Source: Bigelowiella natans CCMP2755
Lineage: Eukaryota > Protista > Cercozoa
Assembly: GCA_000320545.1 (NCBI GenBank)
Contig: ADNK01002940.1
Span: forward strand, 1 to 64,000
Length of the DNA stretch: 64,000 nt
Direction of reading: 5' to 3'
The first letter of the stretch is position 1. Each line of letters opens with the position of its first letter. The position numbers and the translations under genes are program-made. Under the pieces are notes generated by a model, which saw only the letters and a program-made list of their open reading frames with translations, was not told the DNA's origin and searched no databases. Shown one piece after another: positions 41,621-55,751 of the stretch.

Positions 41621-42214
41621 ATGTCCAAGCGAGGAAGGGGCGGAACATCTGGCAACAAATTTAAGATGGCCCTCGGGCTTCCCGTAGCTGCGGTTATCAA
41701 CTGCGCTGATAACACTGGAGCCAAGAACCTATACATCATCTCCGTCTATGGTGTCGGTGGCCGCTTAAATCGGCTGCCTTCTGCTGGTGTAGGAGATATG
41801 GTTATGGCTACGGTTAAGAAGGGAAAGCCAGAGTTAAGGAAAAAAGGTAGGCTAGAATTATAAAGCATATATGAAGGATGCCTGATTGGCTATTCTGATG
41901 AATGAATTCAGTTCACCCTGCTATCGTAATTCGTCAACGCAAAGCTTGGAGGCGTAAAAATGGAACCTACATTCACTTCGAGGGTAATTTTTTTCGATTT
42001 TCCTCATAATTTTGTGGTTTACATCATGCAATTACGGTACAGAAGTAGTTCAGATCGGCAGAAAATTAATTTTGTGTATTATTACTTAGATAACGCCGGT
42101 GTAATCGTGAACGAAAAAGGAGAGCCTAAGGGATCCGCTGTTACTGGCCCTCTTGCTAAAGAATGCGCAGATTTGTGGCCGCGTATTGCAAGCGCAGCTG
42201 GATCGGTGTTTTAG
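41621..42214 (+). CDS. RPL23: 60S ribosomal protein L23 (uL14); exons 41621-41846, 41912-41983, 42090-42214
   Basis: [67 protein letters not shown]. Confidence 0.98.
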
Positions 42215-43402
42215 ATTTTAGATGATCTTAGTTTATCGCCGCCTGGCTTGCTCTGAATTACACATGTAAAAAATGTTAACAAGCCGCCCTTATGTGTCTG
42301 AAATAGCTTCATCGACCCGATGAATATATGTTTGTATGGATATAATGGATACAATTAATTTTCGGAAATGTATCAACGGATAAGAGGGGTCATTGAGAGA
42401 GATTGGATACTTCGCCTGACTCCCCCCCCCCCCCCCCCCAACTCTCTCTCTCTCTTACACCCACATACAAATACACTCGCCCAGAGAAAAATAGAGAGAA
42501 AGAGGTATAAAAAACATGTGGTATGAGTAGTCTTTATTTGATACTGAGGATATACGTGAATAGATCCATTATTTATGAATGAGTATAAGATGGGCAGAGC
42601 TGGGGTTGTGGCACTTTTAATCCTTTGTATTGCGTGCCAGCAAGCATACAGCATACAATCTGTAAGGTAGCTATTTATAGAATATTGAAACATAGCATCA
42701 TAGATTATAGAACATCAATCAAATGGATCACATGCAGCTAACTAGCTATAAGCGCTCGTACGCCTGAGGCAGGCTAGCACATAGCCTACCAGATTTTGAT
42801 CACTTAGTGATGCGCTTTTGAGATAATTTTTTGAGTTCCAATTTTTCGTTCAAACGGCAGCAGGAAGTTATCGTCTAGCAGGTCGTTGGTGATGAAACTG
42901 AGCCAGCGAAATGCAGATGCTTACTTTGTTGCGCAGGAATTTTATTGGTTTATTATCATATTCGATCCTCAATGATACGTGCGGAAACCAAAACTTGTAT
43001 ATGTACTACTCCAATTGTGTGTTTCTTCATATCCGGCACGTGGCATAGCCAGCATTGATCCATGCAAGCGTTGGTGTGCGCTATAGCAAGCATCACATTG
43101 CATGTGCATGTAGTGTCGCGCATTGCATGCCCTTCATAACGCGCATCATTGCATTCTACTAAATATAAAGTGCATTGCGCATGTACATGCGGCAACACGC
43201 TGTCACATCTACCGGTACTAATATAATGTTCAATATTTTCATCATGTCTAGTGTCTTTGCGTAGCTTTCGACCCACTTTAGTTATATCATGACACAAGAA
43301 TCTACGGAAAAGCTACCCGATCTCCGCGATCCCCTAAATTTCAAGATTTAAAAAAAATGCTTGTTTAACTTTCTAAAAAGGCAAAACATATACTGCTATT
43401 AT

Positions 43403-45567
43403 CTAGATTATTAGATACCTGCTAGTAGTCCCATCGTCGTCGTCCTGTCTTGGCACCGGTCTAGCCACACGAACCAAGTGAAGGGCATCATGGTATTTAC
43501 CGTCGAAGAAATAGTGGCTTACTAGATGCTCAGCCATTTCAAATTTCGATTTATAATACATCTTAATTGCAGCTATGTTGTCCGCCTGATTATTATGTAT
43601 TCCAGAAATAATATTAGATCGTAATATACAAAGCAAACGTGAAACTGCAACGAAATCATTATTCTAGACTTTTTTTTAGGCTGCTTATTCTCGCTAATGA
43701 TAATAATAATGCGTACGCAGGGAAACAACGACTTTACCAATACTACCAAAGCTACAATATGAATCAATTAAAGAGGTGAGCTCATCAGATAATCACTGAC
43801 GCAAAAAATTAATAATACTACGATGCAATAACAAAATCTGCCACAATCACCACCACCACCATTTCATCACCTTCACGTGAAGCCTAGTTGCGGAAACATT
43901 ACGCTCGTTTTCAAGAAGCTCAACTGTATGCTGAATAATGAGGAATGCACAGTCGTAGAAGAATGGCTTAGTGTGAAGATTCAGGACAAGTAGTAGCACA
44001 TTGATTTTATGTACTGGTAGTGGTATTAGTAGTGGTAACAGACAAATTCAACAGCAGCAGCAGTAGTAGCAGTCAGGTTGCTGCTCTAAGGAATGGGGGA
44101 AAGGAAATGGAAGCTTCTTCCGCAGTATTTCTTGTTTCTGATATTTTGTATTTTTCTCAATATTAGTATCATCATTGTTTCAATACCTCTAGCAGAAATC
44201 TACCAAGTCCACACCTACGATATGAAGGTGCTACGCCAAGAGTTGATATATACCTGCAGCAGTGAAACATGTCAAATTAATGATAGGAACAACTTTACAG
44301 CAGCATTTTTACCATATCGACTATAACTACTTAATGCGTAAAACTGTTGCTGTAACTCCTTAGAGAATATTGCTTCCGTTGTTATTTTTGTACGGGAATA
44401 CAACTACACTGGGTCAACATCTCGTGAGTAATAGATAATAATGATGATGATGAAGCAATTGCTACTACCCTTCCCTCCTAGAGTAGCAGCTGCTTTCATT
44501 GTCATCCTCTACGCGGGCAGTCGAAACTCCAATGATCTTAAATCAAACATTGTCGTGAATAATCAAATAGAGAAGTAATGAGTGATATGATTGGCAATGG
44601 ATGCTAGTGATGGTATGTTGGAATGGCGACATGGCGACATGTGAATAGAAGAATTGAAGGATGGTATTTCGATGGCTTAGAAAAAAGAACAAACATAAAT
44701 TGAATTCCGGGAAGAAAAGGGTGCGATATTATAAACATAAATTAATGAAGAGGTTTAAAGTATAGAAGAACCAGCACGAGGAACGAGAGGGAGAATTAAA
44801 ATATGTGTTGCTACCTTCTGTGTCTTCTCATCTATTCCAACAACGGCGAGCATATCCTTGTGCAAAAGGCTATTGTAAAAACTTTCGGAGTACTTTACAG
44901 GGAATAGTATTTCCTAAATAAGATTGCAATATAATATCGTTTATATACATTATGATATAAATTGATACAATAGTATTCCTAAAAAATTAACCATTTGAGT
45001 ATCTAGCAGTTACTCACGTCCACTTGGCACGCAAAAACCATTAAATTGCTACTTACGTGTAATAAAACTAGTTCTTTGATATCTTGTCGAACGACTGGCC
45101 GGAATATAACACCGTCAAAATTCCAATTGTAGAAGTAACATGATAGCCTGCAAAAAAGCGTGAGAGAGGGGGGAAGAAGAAGTGAAGAAATAGGATAGTG
45201 TCATCGTCGTCGTGAAAAGCTTTCCGACATGCAGCAGTAGTAGAAATCCCAGTAAGCAGACAGATGATGTTAGAACCATCTCGCTGCTAACACGATTCTC
45301 GTTTAATTAGAGCAGAATGATCAGTATTTATTACCTTCCAGGAATATTGTTTTTATTGTATTTATTGCCAATGCCAAGCATAGGATTCATTTCGCTTGCG
45401 TCGTAATACTCTGATCCGTGGTTGTTTTTCTCTTCCTTCTCATTATCTTGAGTTGTATTTTTCATACTTTTTCCGGCCACCGCCTCATCCTTCGTCATCA
45501 TCTTGCTCTCAAGTTTGTCAAAGGCTGTGGAGCTTGGCTCAGCTACTACAGCATCATCTCCATGCAT
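43403..45567 (-). CDS. GNAT N-alpha-acetyltransferase, NAA60/NAA50-like
   Basis: FRPVVRQDIKELVLLHEILFPVKYSESFY, GYISTLGVAPSYRRCGLG, LHVKADNIAAIKMYY, HYFFDGKYHDA; last exon uncertain. Confidence 0.8.
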
Positions 45568-46288
45568 CCCTTATCCTAATTCTCGATCAATCAATTCCCC
45601 TAAAGTGAATAAAGTTAAATGAAGAATACATCGCGTTTGGTTTATCGTAAAGGTCGATTGAACGTCCGTCGATATCAGGATAAGGTCCAATTTTCATATG
45701 ATCTCTCTTTCTTTCGATTTCTATTGGTTCTCAAACAAATTGTGTATCGTTGTCAAACATTTAAATCAGACGTGAGCATGATTATCATACCTGTGGCTAT
45801 TCTTGAGGCACACAAACATCCCCACACACAATAACTACTTTCTTTCTTCCATCATCATAACTTTTATTTGTTGCTACGAAGGCACGATTGTCTCCTTTTG
45901 TATTCCCCAGAAAAGAAAGAATTTAAAGGCGAATTATAGTATATACGACAACACTTCGAGCTTAAAACCGACAGAGATTCAAGGACTTTTTCATCTCGAT
46001 TCAAGCTGAAGGATGGGTTTGACTTAACGTCACATCATTGATCTCTGGAGAGGCTCGGGAAAGATAGCTGCCGCTCTCTCAAATCGGCGAATTGGATATG
46101 GAAGTTTTTTTATTTTATCGGCTCCGAAGTCTTATCGCTAGCTGCGCTTGAACTAAAAGTGTCGCACATTTTGAATAAATTAATTATTTTTCTATTGTCG
46201 TAGATAGAAATTATAAGGTGTTACTCCTTTCAGCCTCCTTTCATACTCACTGTAACCCCAACTCTACGCACGGACTGGACTGGACACC

Positions 46289-47050
46289 ATGCTGGTGATG
46301 ATCCCTCCCCCCTCTCATATGCACACATGATGATACTGAATACTTTATTTTTCTTCCAAATTATTTAATATATCGTTGATGAAATGCATACAGGGAGGTT
46401 TTAACATGTTGGGAAGTGAGGGTGGAAAAGTGTAATGTGTGCTGTTGTGCAGGTTTCTGATTCCTCACACTTGTGTTTGTTATCTTAGATTCCTAAAAAG
46501 GCCCGCCTAGATATTCTGACATACCTTTTCAGTGGTGAGTAAAAGTATATAAATCATGTTATATACGTATATATTGATGAAATTGTTTTAATAACTACAT
46601 GCAGAGGGTGTACTCGTTGTTTCTAAGGATCCTCATCTTAAGAAACATAAGCAAATTGGAGTCCCAAATATCTACGTAATGAAGCTTATGCAATCATTGA
46701 GGTCGAATGATTACGTCCATGAAGTTTTTAACTGGCAGTGGATGTACTACTCGCTTACCACTCCTGGTATTGAGTACCTACGAAAAGTGCTTCATCTTCC
46801 TGATGACACAGTGCCTAAGACTCTTAAGAAGCAAGCTGGCCCACCCCCTGGTGAGCGTTATGGAGGTCGCGGTCGCGGTCGCGGTCGCGGTGGCCGTTAC
46901 GGTCGGGATGAATATCGTGGACCTCGTGAGGGAGGAAGCGGATTTGGCGGAGGTTTCCGTGGACGCGGAAGGGGTTCATTCCGTGGCCGTGGCCGTGGCG
47001 GTCGAGGTGGTCGAGGCATGGGAGGTGAAGCTGCTTCTGGAGGGTACTAA
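46289..47050 (+). CDS. RPS10: 40S ribosomal protein S10 (eS10); exons 46289-46294, 46489-46534, 46605-47050
   Basis: MLIPKKARLDILTYLFSEGVLVVSKD..VPNIYVMKLMQSLRS..FNWQWMYYSLT..GIEYLRKVLHLP; RGG tail. Confidence 0.97.
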
Positions 47051-47899
47051 TTTTAAATGAATTTTTGTCGAATCACTTCGTACATGTAGCCACCTCACAA
47101 ATTTAGACGTTCTGGTTGATAGACCTTTTTAGTAAGAGACGGGCTTCCTTCGATCATAGTTTACTAAGGGCAATGATGATAACGAATTATAGGGTGTATT
47201 AGTTGGCAAATACGATAGGGCGATATAGGAGCATTTCTGTTGCTGTAAAAAGTTTTTCTACTAGAATTTATCCTCCTCCACCAAGACTGAATGATGCTGA
47301 TCGATGACCATAGATCACTCGTTCAGCAGCATGTGTGCACTACACACAGAGCATGGAAACATGGAAACAATAAGTATTTTTTAGTTTTTATGTGTGATGT
47401 ATATGGAAAGAAGTGCATGTGCTAAGCAACGGACCTATTTTCTGCGGCATCGCAAGCGCAACAATTTATGATCGAGCAGCTTTTTTTTGACAATATATGG
47501 ACAACATGAAAAGAGAATCGAATAAGGGCCAACTCGGCTACAGCATTGTTAGCAGCGCACATATTATACACAAAATGCACGCCGCCGCTGTGTGCAAAAA
47601 CTAGAAGAACAACAATGAATGCATGCCCTTGCATGGAATGACGGTGAACATATATACAGATGCGATGATGCGATGCGATGCAAATTTAGCACTTTATTAT
47701 TGCGTGCCCGCTGACTGTCTTATTGGACAGCTTTATTACGTACATCTCACAATTAAAAAGATTTGGCCAGTTATAGCACGTGATTCGATCATTGCAATCA
47801 TTGCAGTCCAATCATTGCGCAACCATGATGACACAGCTAGCAACCCGTGACATTTGTCTGGCAATAACAGCCGCTAGGCGTGGCAGCCGCATTGTATGG

Positions 47900-50600
47900 T
47901 TGATTATCAATAGAAGCTGGGTCCATAATTGACTTCTAATAGTCTCTTTCTTACTGAATAATTCCATCCCGGGCGGGATTCAAGATACGTCTTTTCACTA
48001 GATGCCGATCACGTAAGTACAGATTCTTTTTAATACGTATTTTCGAGATGCCCATATTAAATTATGTCAATAGAAGTCCACAGTGCACTTGGACTTGAAT
48101 CATTAAAATTTAGTTAGACATATGGTTATCAGAAAAGAGCTCTGATTTTGTTTTGGATTATGAGGAAGAATATAATTCTTTGGTGCAGAGGCATCAATGT
48201 AACATGAAATTGCGTATGACCAAAACTTATGATTCGGTCAAGCTGCACAATGCCTTGAATAGCTCTTCATTGTCCATTGGTATTTGTTTGGTTTCTGTTC
48301 GTTTTTCAGCTCGTTCTTCATCTTGTCTCGATGGTGAGTACTGTTTTGGTTGCTGTGGAATAGCAATTACGGAGTGACATATTGTAGCAAAGTCTACATA
48401 AAGTTTACCAAATAAATATCGATACCTCTCGATAACTATGAGCACATTTAGAGCTATTTAAATTTTGAACCTATAAAAATAAACTTAGAAATCGTTTGCA
48501 TCGTTCGGCAATGAATAACGATATTGACTACGCTTATTCACCAGCTTTGATCCTCTAGAATTTTTGCGTGCTGACGGAGACATGAAGCCTGTTGCGGTTC
48601 AAAGTTTGAAAATTAAAATGTAAAAAAATGTGGGTCTCCCCACTTACTAAATAATTAAGAATGACTCGACCTTCTTCATTTTCTTTTCTTTTGCGCTTGC
48701 CAGCTAGATTTGATCCTCTGGTTGATTTTCGGGTCAATCCCTGGATTATTGTAAGAGTTGGTTTTCTGTTAAATATCATCTGACTGTTCAACATATGGGT
48801 TATTTGTTTTCCTCACTAAATGTTTAAACATTAGTCGGGATTTCCCCCAGATAGCTTTTAGAACATTTTTGAAAATAAGGATGTTCCTCTATTATTAAAA
48901 ACTCATTTTTAAACCTTATCTTTTCTACACTTTGCCGTTGCTCTGGCTCCGCGGCTCTGATAAATAAATCATAACTTAGCTGGTAGTTCATTGTAACGAT
49001 TCTTCTAGATATACCCTTGAAGTTGTTGGCCGTTTTGAGGTGCTATCAGATTTAGATCTGCTAACTTTTGGTTTTTTCCTACAATACACCAATTCAGATA
49101 CCTCACAAGCTTTTAGAGTTGAACATATTTCTGACCTTTTTCGGCGGTGACTGCAAGGCGACCGAGAATCCTGAAAACATCAAACTCACGAGAAGACCAT
49201 ACTATTTTGGCAATGTGCCTAGCCAACCTTTGTATCTCCTGCAGTCAACATTAACAGAAGTGAAGCCTTTTCTCTATTATCCTTTGCCTGAGGTATACAA
49301 TTGCGCTTACAGAGGGCACGCGACTTTAATTTAGACAGGAAGCATGCCTTTTGTTCAGACGCAGCTAATTCAGAGAGCTTCAGTGACTTGCGTTTGGAAT
49401 TCCCTCTGCCCTTCATACTCTTTCCAGTGCATAGAATAGTAAGCATCCTAAGTATATATGATAAGCGTTGGGTTGTACTCTATTCTCCGATGTATTAAAG
49501 CTACCGGGCCGCATCATGACTTGGAGAGAAAAGCTCCTCAGAGACCCTTGAGAAAGTAGTCGTTTTGAGATTGGGAGCTGGTTCAGTGTTGGAACGCTTA
49601 ATGCGCTCACATTTTTTGCCAACATTTTCCTTGAGTGCAGAGGGTTTTTTAAAAATATTTTTATATAGAACTGCAGTCCTCTTCGCTTGATCTGTCTTCG
49701 TGCAGGCTTGGCTTTGCTCGGACACTGCTAATTTCTCCTGGCGCCAGACTTTGTCTTTTCTATTAGACTCGTTACCCTACGAAAATGATGAATACAAAAT
49801 TGGTAATTCGGCATTAAAGATCCGATTCACATTTCTAAATTTGAATAACCTTTTTGATCCAGGATTCGGTCTCTCCTACACTTCTGGGGTCTACCATCAT
49901 CGCATCAGAAATTATAGAAGCTACTGATACTCGTTGCCTGGTCTCTGCTACCATAGAGATCGGGGGAGAAAATTTGTAATTCCTTGAGAATTCAGGAGAA
50001 GGCAGCTGGAACAGGTCGAGCAGAAATTCCTGATCAGTCTGTAGGTGTTTCATTATCTAAGCTCATCGTCTAGTATCTCTTACAAAAACGATGGAATACC
50101 TCTGAGGCATTATCCTTTTTATCGTTACGTGACGGCGTAATTTTTGTTGGATTGAGTAACTCAGATAACGGGCGCTTTGAAGTTAATCCATCAACTAGGT
50201 CCATTCCACCTTCGTTAATATCTTGCACTTAGTCAAATTGTGCTTATGGTTAGTTTTTCGGATACCTCGCGAGCGCAACTGAAAGGACATCTTGATATCC
50301 CTCAAATTTTAAGTCTGGCCTACCACGATCCTTTCTGGTAGATTCAAGACTTCTAGCTTTACTCGGGATACGGCCTGGGGATGGGTATTCGTTTGGGTTT
50401 TGGCGTACACCTTCCCTCCAAATACCTTGCGATATGATAACCGGGATCCCGGATAGGCTTTCCCACCACAATGTCTTTTACGGTAAATTCACTTAATACC
50501 AGTCTGTTGGTAGTACCGGGCGAATCAAGACTAGAATTGATTCACAACGGCTCACTGTGCTCCTTGCAAAATCAGACGTTAACTTGTCAGCTGTCTTAAA
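47900..50600 (-). CDS. Hypothetical Ser/Lys-rich protein with short microsatellite-free introns; boundaries approximate
   Basis: Phase-consistent exons such as ..KKDNASE|TDQEFLLD..WIKK|GNESNRK..HDAAR|MLTILC; no family recognised. Confidence 0.45.
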
Positions 50601-51399
50601 TTCCTCCCAGTAATATCTATGAGTTGTAATCCATGGTAATTGCTACTATTCTGATATCTTCATCGTCATCGAAGATTTGATGATGATGGTAATGAAGGTG
50701 CAAAAGATTTCTCATAAAATAGTCCTACATGTATAACTAGCAGACAACAACACACATAACAGCTAGTTGGACGGGTATTTGAATAACCAGTAGCCACCCA
50801 ACGTAGGCTGACTCCTCCTCGTGACATTCATCAATCCAGTCAAAGACATAGATACTAAACGCAGGCTGATTTCTCTTTACGACTGATCACCTGCATCTTA
50901 TACGAGTATCTTCACTACTCTTCACTCAAAAATGAGGGAACTACTCGTGCCTTGATGATGATGAGGCCATCTGCTGTTCGGCAAGAAATAGAAGAATCGA
51001 TCAATGATGTCAAGGTAAAACAAGAGAGTCATCAATGCAGAGAGGAGGAGGAGGAGAAGGAATGTATGTCACTGAATCTTACCTACATGCGAAATAATGC
51101 TCTTAAGATGTGTTTGAAAGTTCGCCTGTGCTGGGGAGCCACAAGTTCGATATTTCACGTCAAAAGAGCCCTGGATGGACCCCTACTTCGTAAGAGAAAG
51201 ACCCCTTCCTTTTGTTGTTCATTGGGGGGGGAGGGGGGGTTTTGCTGTAGAAAATACCTGCAAATTGTAGGTTCAAGCAATTGTTACATTGACGGTCAAA
51301 GGTTGCAATGTTGGTGCTGTTAACATCGGAGCTTGCTTCCCGCACGGATATATGCCTGTAATGACGACCAGAAACAATCTTGAAATAATGATGATAATA

Positions 51400-51846
51400 G
51401 CGATCAGAGACATGCAACCTTGACATAGTAGTACATACCTGAGTGTTTCTTATTAGCATCTAGAACGCCCCGCCACCTGTTGTTTGAGTCACGGATATAC
51501 ATCTTTGTATTCAAAATAACTCGTCCACTAACACGGCATACAAGCCTGCTTGCAAAATTTTCCCGGCATTAACAATTTTGTTTGGGAATGCGAATCCAAT
51601 TATTCGTCATCTATACTACATGTATCTTCAGGTTCGTATTGATGTGGAACAAGTCATTTATACATGTATCTTCAGGTTCGTATTGATGTGGAACAAGACG
51701 CAAAAGGGGATAATGCAAAAACCACGGAGAAAATAACACTTATTGTGAAACACGAAAACCAAATGCAAGAATCCATGTACAGCGCTCTCGCAGAACTGGT
51801 TCCAGAGTTTCAAAAACTCAGTCAGGTGATAGATGAATACGTCTCT

Positions 51847-51889
<43 letters not shown>

Positions 51890-52130
51890 ACTACAACGTG
51901 CGAAACAATATTAAATGCCATTTTCAATGGTTTTAATGTGAGCCTTGTTCAGGAAAATCTACGAAGTGCAATGTACACTCTTGCGGAATCGGAAGGAAAA
52001 GGAAAGGGAGGACATGATTTAGTAAATGAAGATGCTGATGAACGCTCTGATTCTAGAAAGTGAGGACATGATTTAGGAAATGAAGATGCTGATGAACGCT
52101 CTGATTCTAGAAAGTATTGCAGCTCTACAA
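51400..52130 (+). CDS. Hypothetical protein (partial model)
   Basis: Exons VRIDVEQ..EFQKLSQ and ENLRSAMYTL..; 5' part unresolved. Confidence 0.3.
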
Positions 52131-52371
52131 ACGAAAAGACTACATCACGATTCTTTCGAATAGATGCCAGTTGTTATTGCGACAACATATATGCAGGATT
52201 GTTTAGTTCGTTCGAGCACCTATTATTATTATTATTATGCACTCTGTGGTACACCTGCATTCACGAAGTTGTTTGACTCATAGCAGCATTGCTTTTTTGA
52301 AAGAAATTGTTTCGAACAAGACAGTAGACACTGCGGCATTGTTATTGTCCGAAATAGGGGGTGGTGGTGGT

Positions 52372-52405
<34 letters not shown>

Positions 52406-53263
52406 TTATTGTGTCCCAAACTGTACGTCTCTTACAGCAAATAGCTTTTTGGAAGAATCTAAGAGAGCGCTACAATATTGAAAACAATATTTTCAAAATG
52501 CTACCATGGCTCACGCTAGCGGTGTGCTGTATTATTATTACTCCCTAACCAACGAGATGAAACTTTACGCATGCGCGCATATATATTGTCGCATCTCGTT
52601 GTTGTCAAAACAGTCACGTCTTTTTTCTGTGCAGCGAAGGTATCAGCTGCGCTACACATTATGTGCAGTAGTGTGTACGACAGTGTAGCTAGTCGTGATC
52701 GTCGTCTGCGCATCATGCACTATATGTATCACGACTCATGATCTGATTCCATGCACTCTATGTCAACTACTAATCTAGCACTGTGTGTACAAGATGTACG
52801 TGACTCGATATATGTCGGCGCTCTCATGACGATGAGCTACTAGCTAGCTAGTGGGTAAAAATGAAGATGAGGAGCGCGCGAGGAAATAATAATCGAACTA
52901 CAAAACGCGTAGCATATGATCTTGCACAGAGCATGTACAGCAACAAACAACACTAAAACAATAAACAACAAAAAATAGAGCTGCCATCCATGCCACAACC
53001 GCCAACAATTTAAAACAGCAGCACGTGCAACGTATATAGGTATGTAGGTCGACATTTATACCGCTCACATCTGAGTACTGAGCACCGCGCTGTCACCTGT
53101 GCAGACTCTGTGCGCATGCACACACATGCGTACGTGGACACCCGAAATGTCTCGGGTATAATGCATGCAAAATAAGTAGTCAAACGAAGAAGGACCTTCC
53201 AGCATCCAAGCGAATTGACGGATCTGCTGCATCATGCATTGCCCTGCTACCTCCTCATGACAA

Positions 53264-53567
53264 TCATTTGTCATTCTCAGCTGCTGTAACTACATCATCA
53301 ACAAACAGTCTTTTGTCCTGGAATTTGAGAACTTCGTTCCCCCATGACCACCAGTTTGGCAACAAATTGCGCGCAAACATTTCCAGACATGCCACAGGCT
53401 TCTTTTTGTTCTCTGTCTTCTTCTTTGCACTGCCATATCGTTGAGGAATAAGTGAATGATCAATATGGCGGTGCTGAGAGCAGCAGTTGGCACGATCGAC
53501 TACTACCTGCTGTTAAATGTTGACATCAAAAAAGATTTAAAGCCGGATGCATATTTCACATACTAAG

Positions 53568-53610
<43 letters not shown>

Positions 53611-54302
53611 ATGAGGGTTTAGAGCACAGGCTCTTCTTTGGCTAACATGATTGGAAAACAGCTTCTTTGGCTAACATGATTGGAAAACAGCAGCTTTTAC
53701 TGCTGCAGCTGCTACTACTTACTCTAGCTGCTACTACTACTACTACTACTTCTACTGGTACTACTGCTATTTCTACTTCTACTACTATAATATGCCTCCT
53801 TCAACCTCTCCGCCTGTGGTAGTAGTAGTAGTAGTAGCAGCAGCATCAGCAGCATCTGGTGGGAGAATGTACTTCTCTGCAAATATCTGACCAATTTTAG
53901 GCTTATTCGAGTGCCTTCCTGTAAGTAAGAAACATAATGTGCCAAAGAAAGAGATGAAGTAAGTAAGGGAGAGATAGGAAGATACGACATTTCGCTGAAA
54001 AAAGAACAAGATCAGGTTGTAAAGGAAAGAAAGAGAGGAGGAGGTCTAAAGGACAACAGCAACAGAATAAACACACACACAAGCACAAACACATATATTA
54101 TATATTACAAGTGCTCTTTCCCCTGCTTATCCTTCTTATCATTTCGCACCACTACACATTCTTGTTGAGATGATCTTCTTTTATGTAGAAGTAGTAGTAG
54201 TAGTAGCAGCAGCAGCAGTACCAGGGGGGGGCACTGCAGCGAAAACCCATCGTCTCGGTGGGTCGTCATCGTTTAGTATGCCCTTCTTCTTTACATGTGA
54301 TG

Positions 54303-54334
<32 letters not shown>

Positions 54335-54680
54335 GATGAAGCGCCTACTGACACTCCTCCTCCTCCCCGACTACTTATACAGTCTTTGCTGCTTTCAGCA
54401 TTCATGCTTACGACAACACCTGTGGGAGGATGAGGATGAGGATGAGGATGAGGATGAGGATAAGGAGGAGGAGGAGGAGGAGGAGAGTTGATAGGCAAAT
54501 GATAGTAATGTAAATGATAGTAATGTAAAAGCTGAAAGATAGATGATGGGATGCTGCTACTGCTGCTGCTGCTGCTGATGATGATGATGATGGGGGTATT
54601 ATTATTAGATGGAAGAGAGTAAGACCCTGATCATGATGATGATGATGATGATGATGAGAGGAGTGCTTTTCATCGACAAC

Positions 54681-54712
<32 letters not shown>

Positions 54713-54930
54713 TAGCTCGTTTCTCCTCCTCCTCCTCCTCCTCCTCCTCCTCGATGTATTCATGGTGATGATGGTTCTTCCTGAATAATAGTTTGCTGCT
54801 CCTTCTTTCAGTAGTAGCTCCAACCTCATCATCCTCCTCCTCCCTTAATCTACTGCTATTATACCTATACAACCTCCTCGTTTCAGCACCACTTTTGCTG
54901 CTAGTGCTGCTGTGCTTCTTCTTCTTCTTC

Positions 54931-54964
<34 letters not shown>

Positions 54965-55390
54965 GGCTAAATGTTCGACCGATGATGACAGGCTCATAGC
55001 TCTTTCTGGCAACGGAGGAGGAGGAGCAGTATTGGGAAGGATGATGATGATGTTGTTGTTGTTGTTGGTGGTGGTGGTGTCGGCTATTCGTGGTGGCTGC
55101 TGTTGAATAACTACCTGTAAATACATGATGATGATGATGTTGTTGTTGTTGTTGTTGGTGGTGTCGGCTATTCATGGTGGCTGCTGTTGAATAACTACCT
55201 GTAAATACACACACACACACACACACAAACGACAACATACAACATGTGTGACGCAATTGTTACAAAGAGAAGATTGGAATCTTCAAGCAGATATTGTTGC
55301 TTTTCTGCATTATTATTGATGTCGTATTTGCAGAATGCTCTTCCTCATCTGCAAAAATACAACTCTAATATTATTATTTTTAGCTCTCTC

Positions 55391-55436
<46 letters not shown>

Positions 55437-55713
55437 CCAATTTGTTCGTAGAGATCTTCATCATCATCATCATCAATATCATCATCATTATCAGCATCAT
55501 CATTATCAGCATCTGCTAATAATTTGTACTACTATGTTTCTGTTATTATGCCATTATTGACTAGTGACTACATGTAGTAGTTGTAGTAGTAGTAGTACTT
55601 TTAAAAGGGATCACGGGGTCCATGCTGTCAGTCACCTTCATTCAGTGATCAAAAGTAGTACGAAGGGGGGGGGGGGGGGGGAGGGAGGCAACTATGAATA
55701 AGAAGAATTGTAT

Positions 55714-55751
<38 letters not shown>

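Noticed and set aside
47900-50600. Possible decayed retrotransposon or viral insert
   Set aside because: No RT, integrase or transposase motifs; the fragments join through phase-consistent GT-AG introns.
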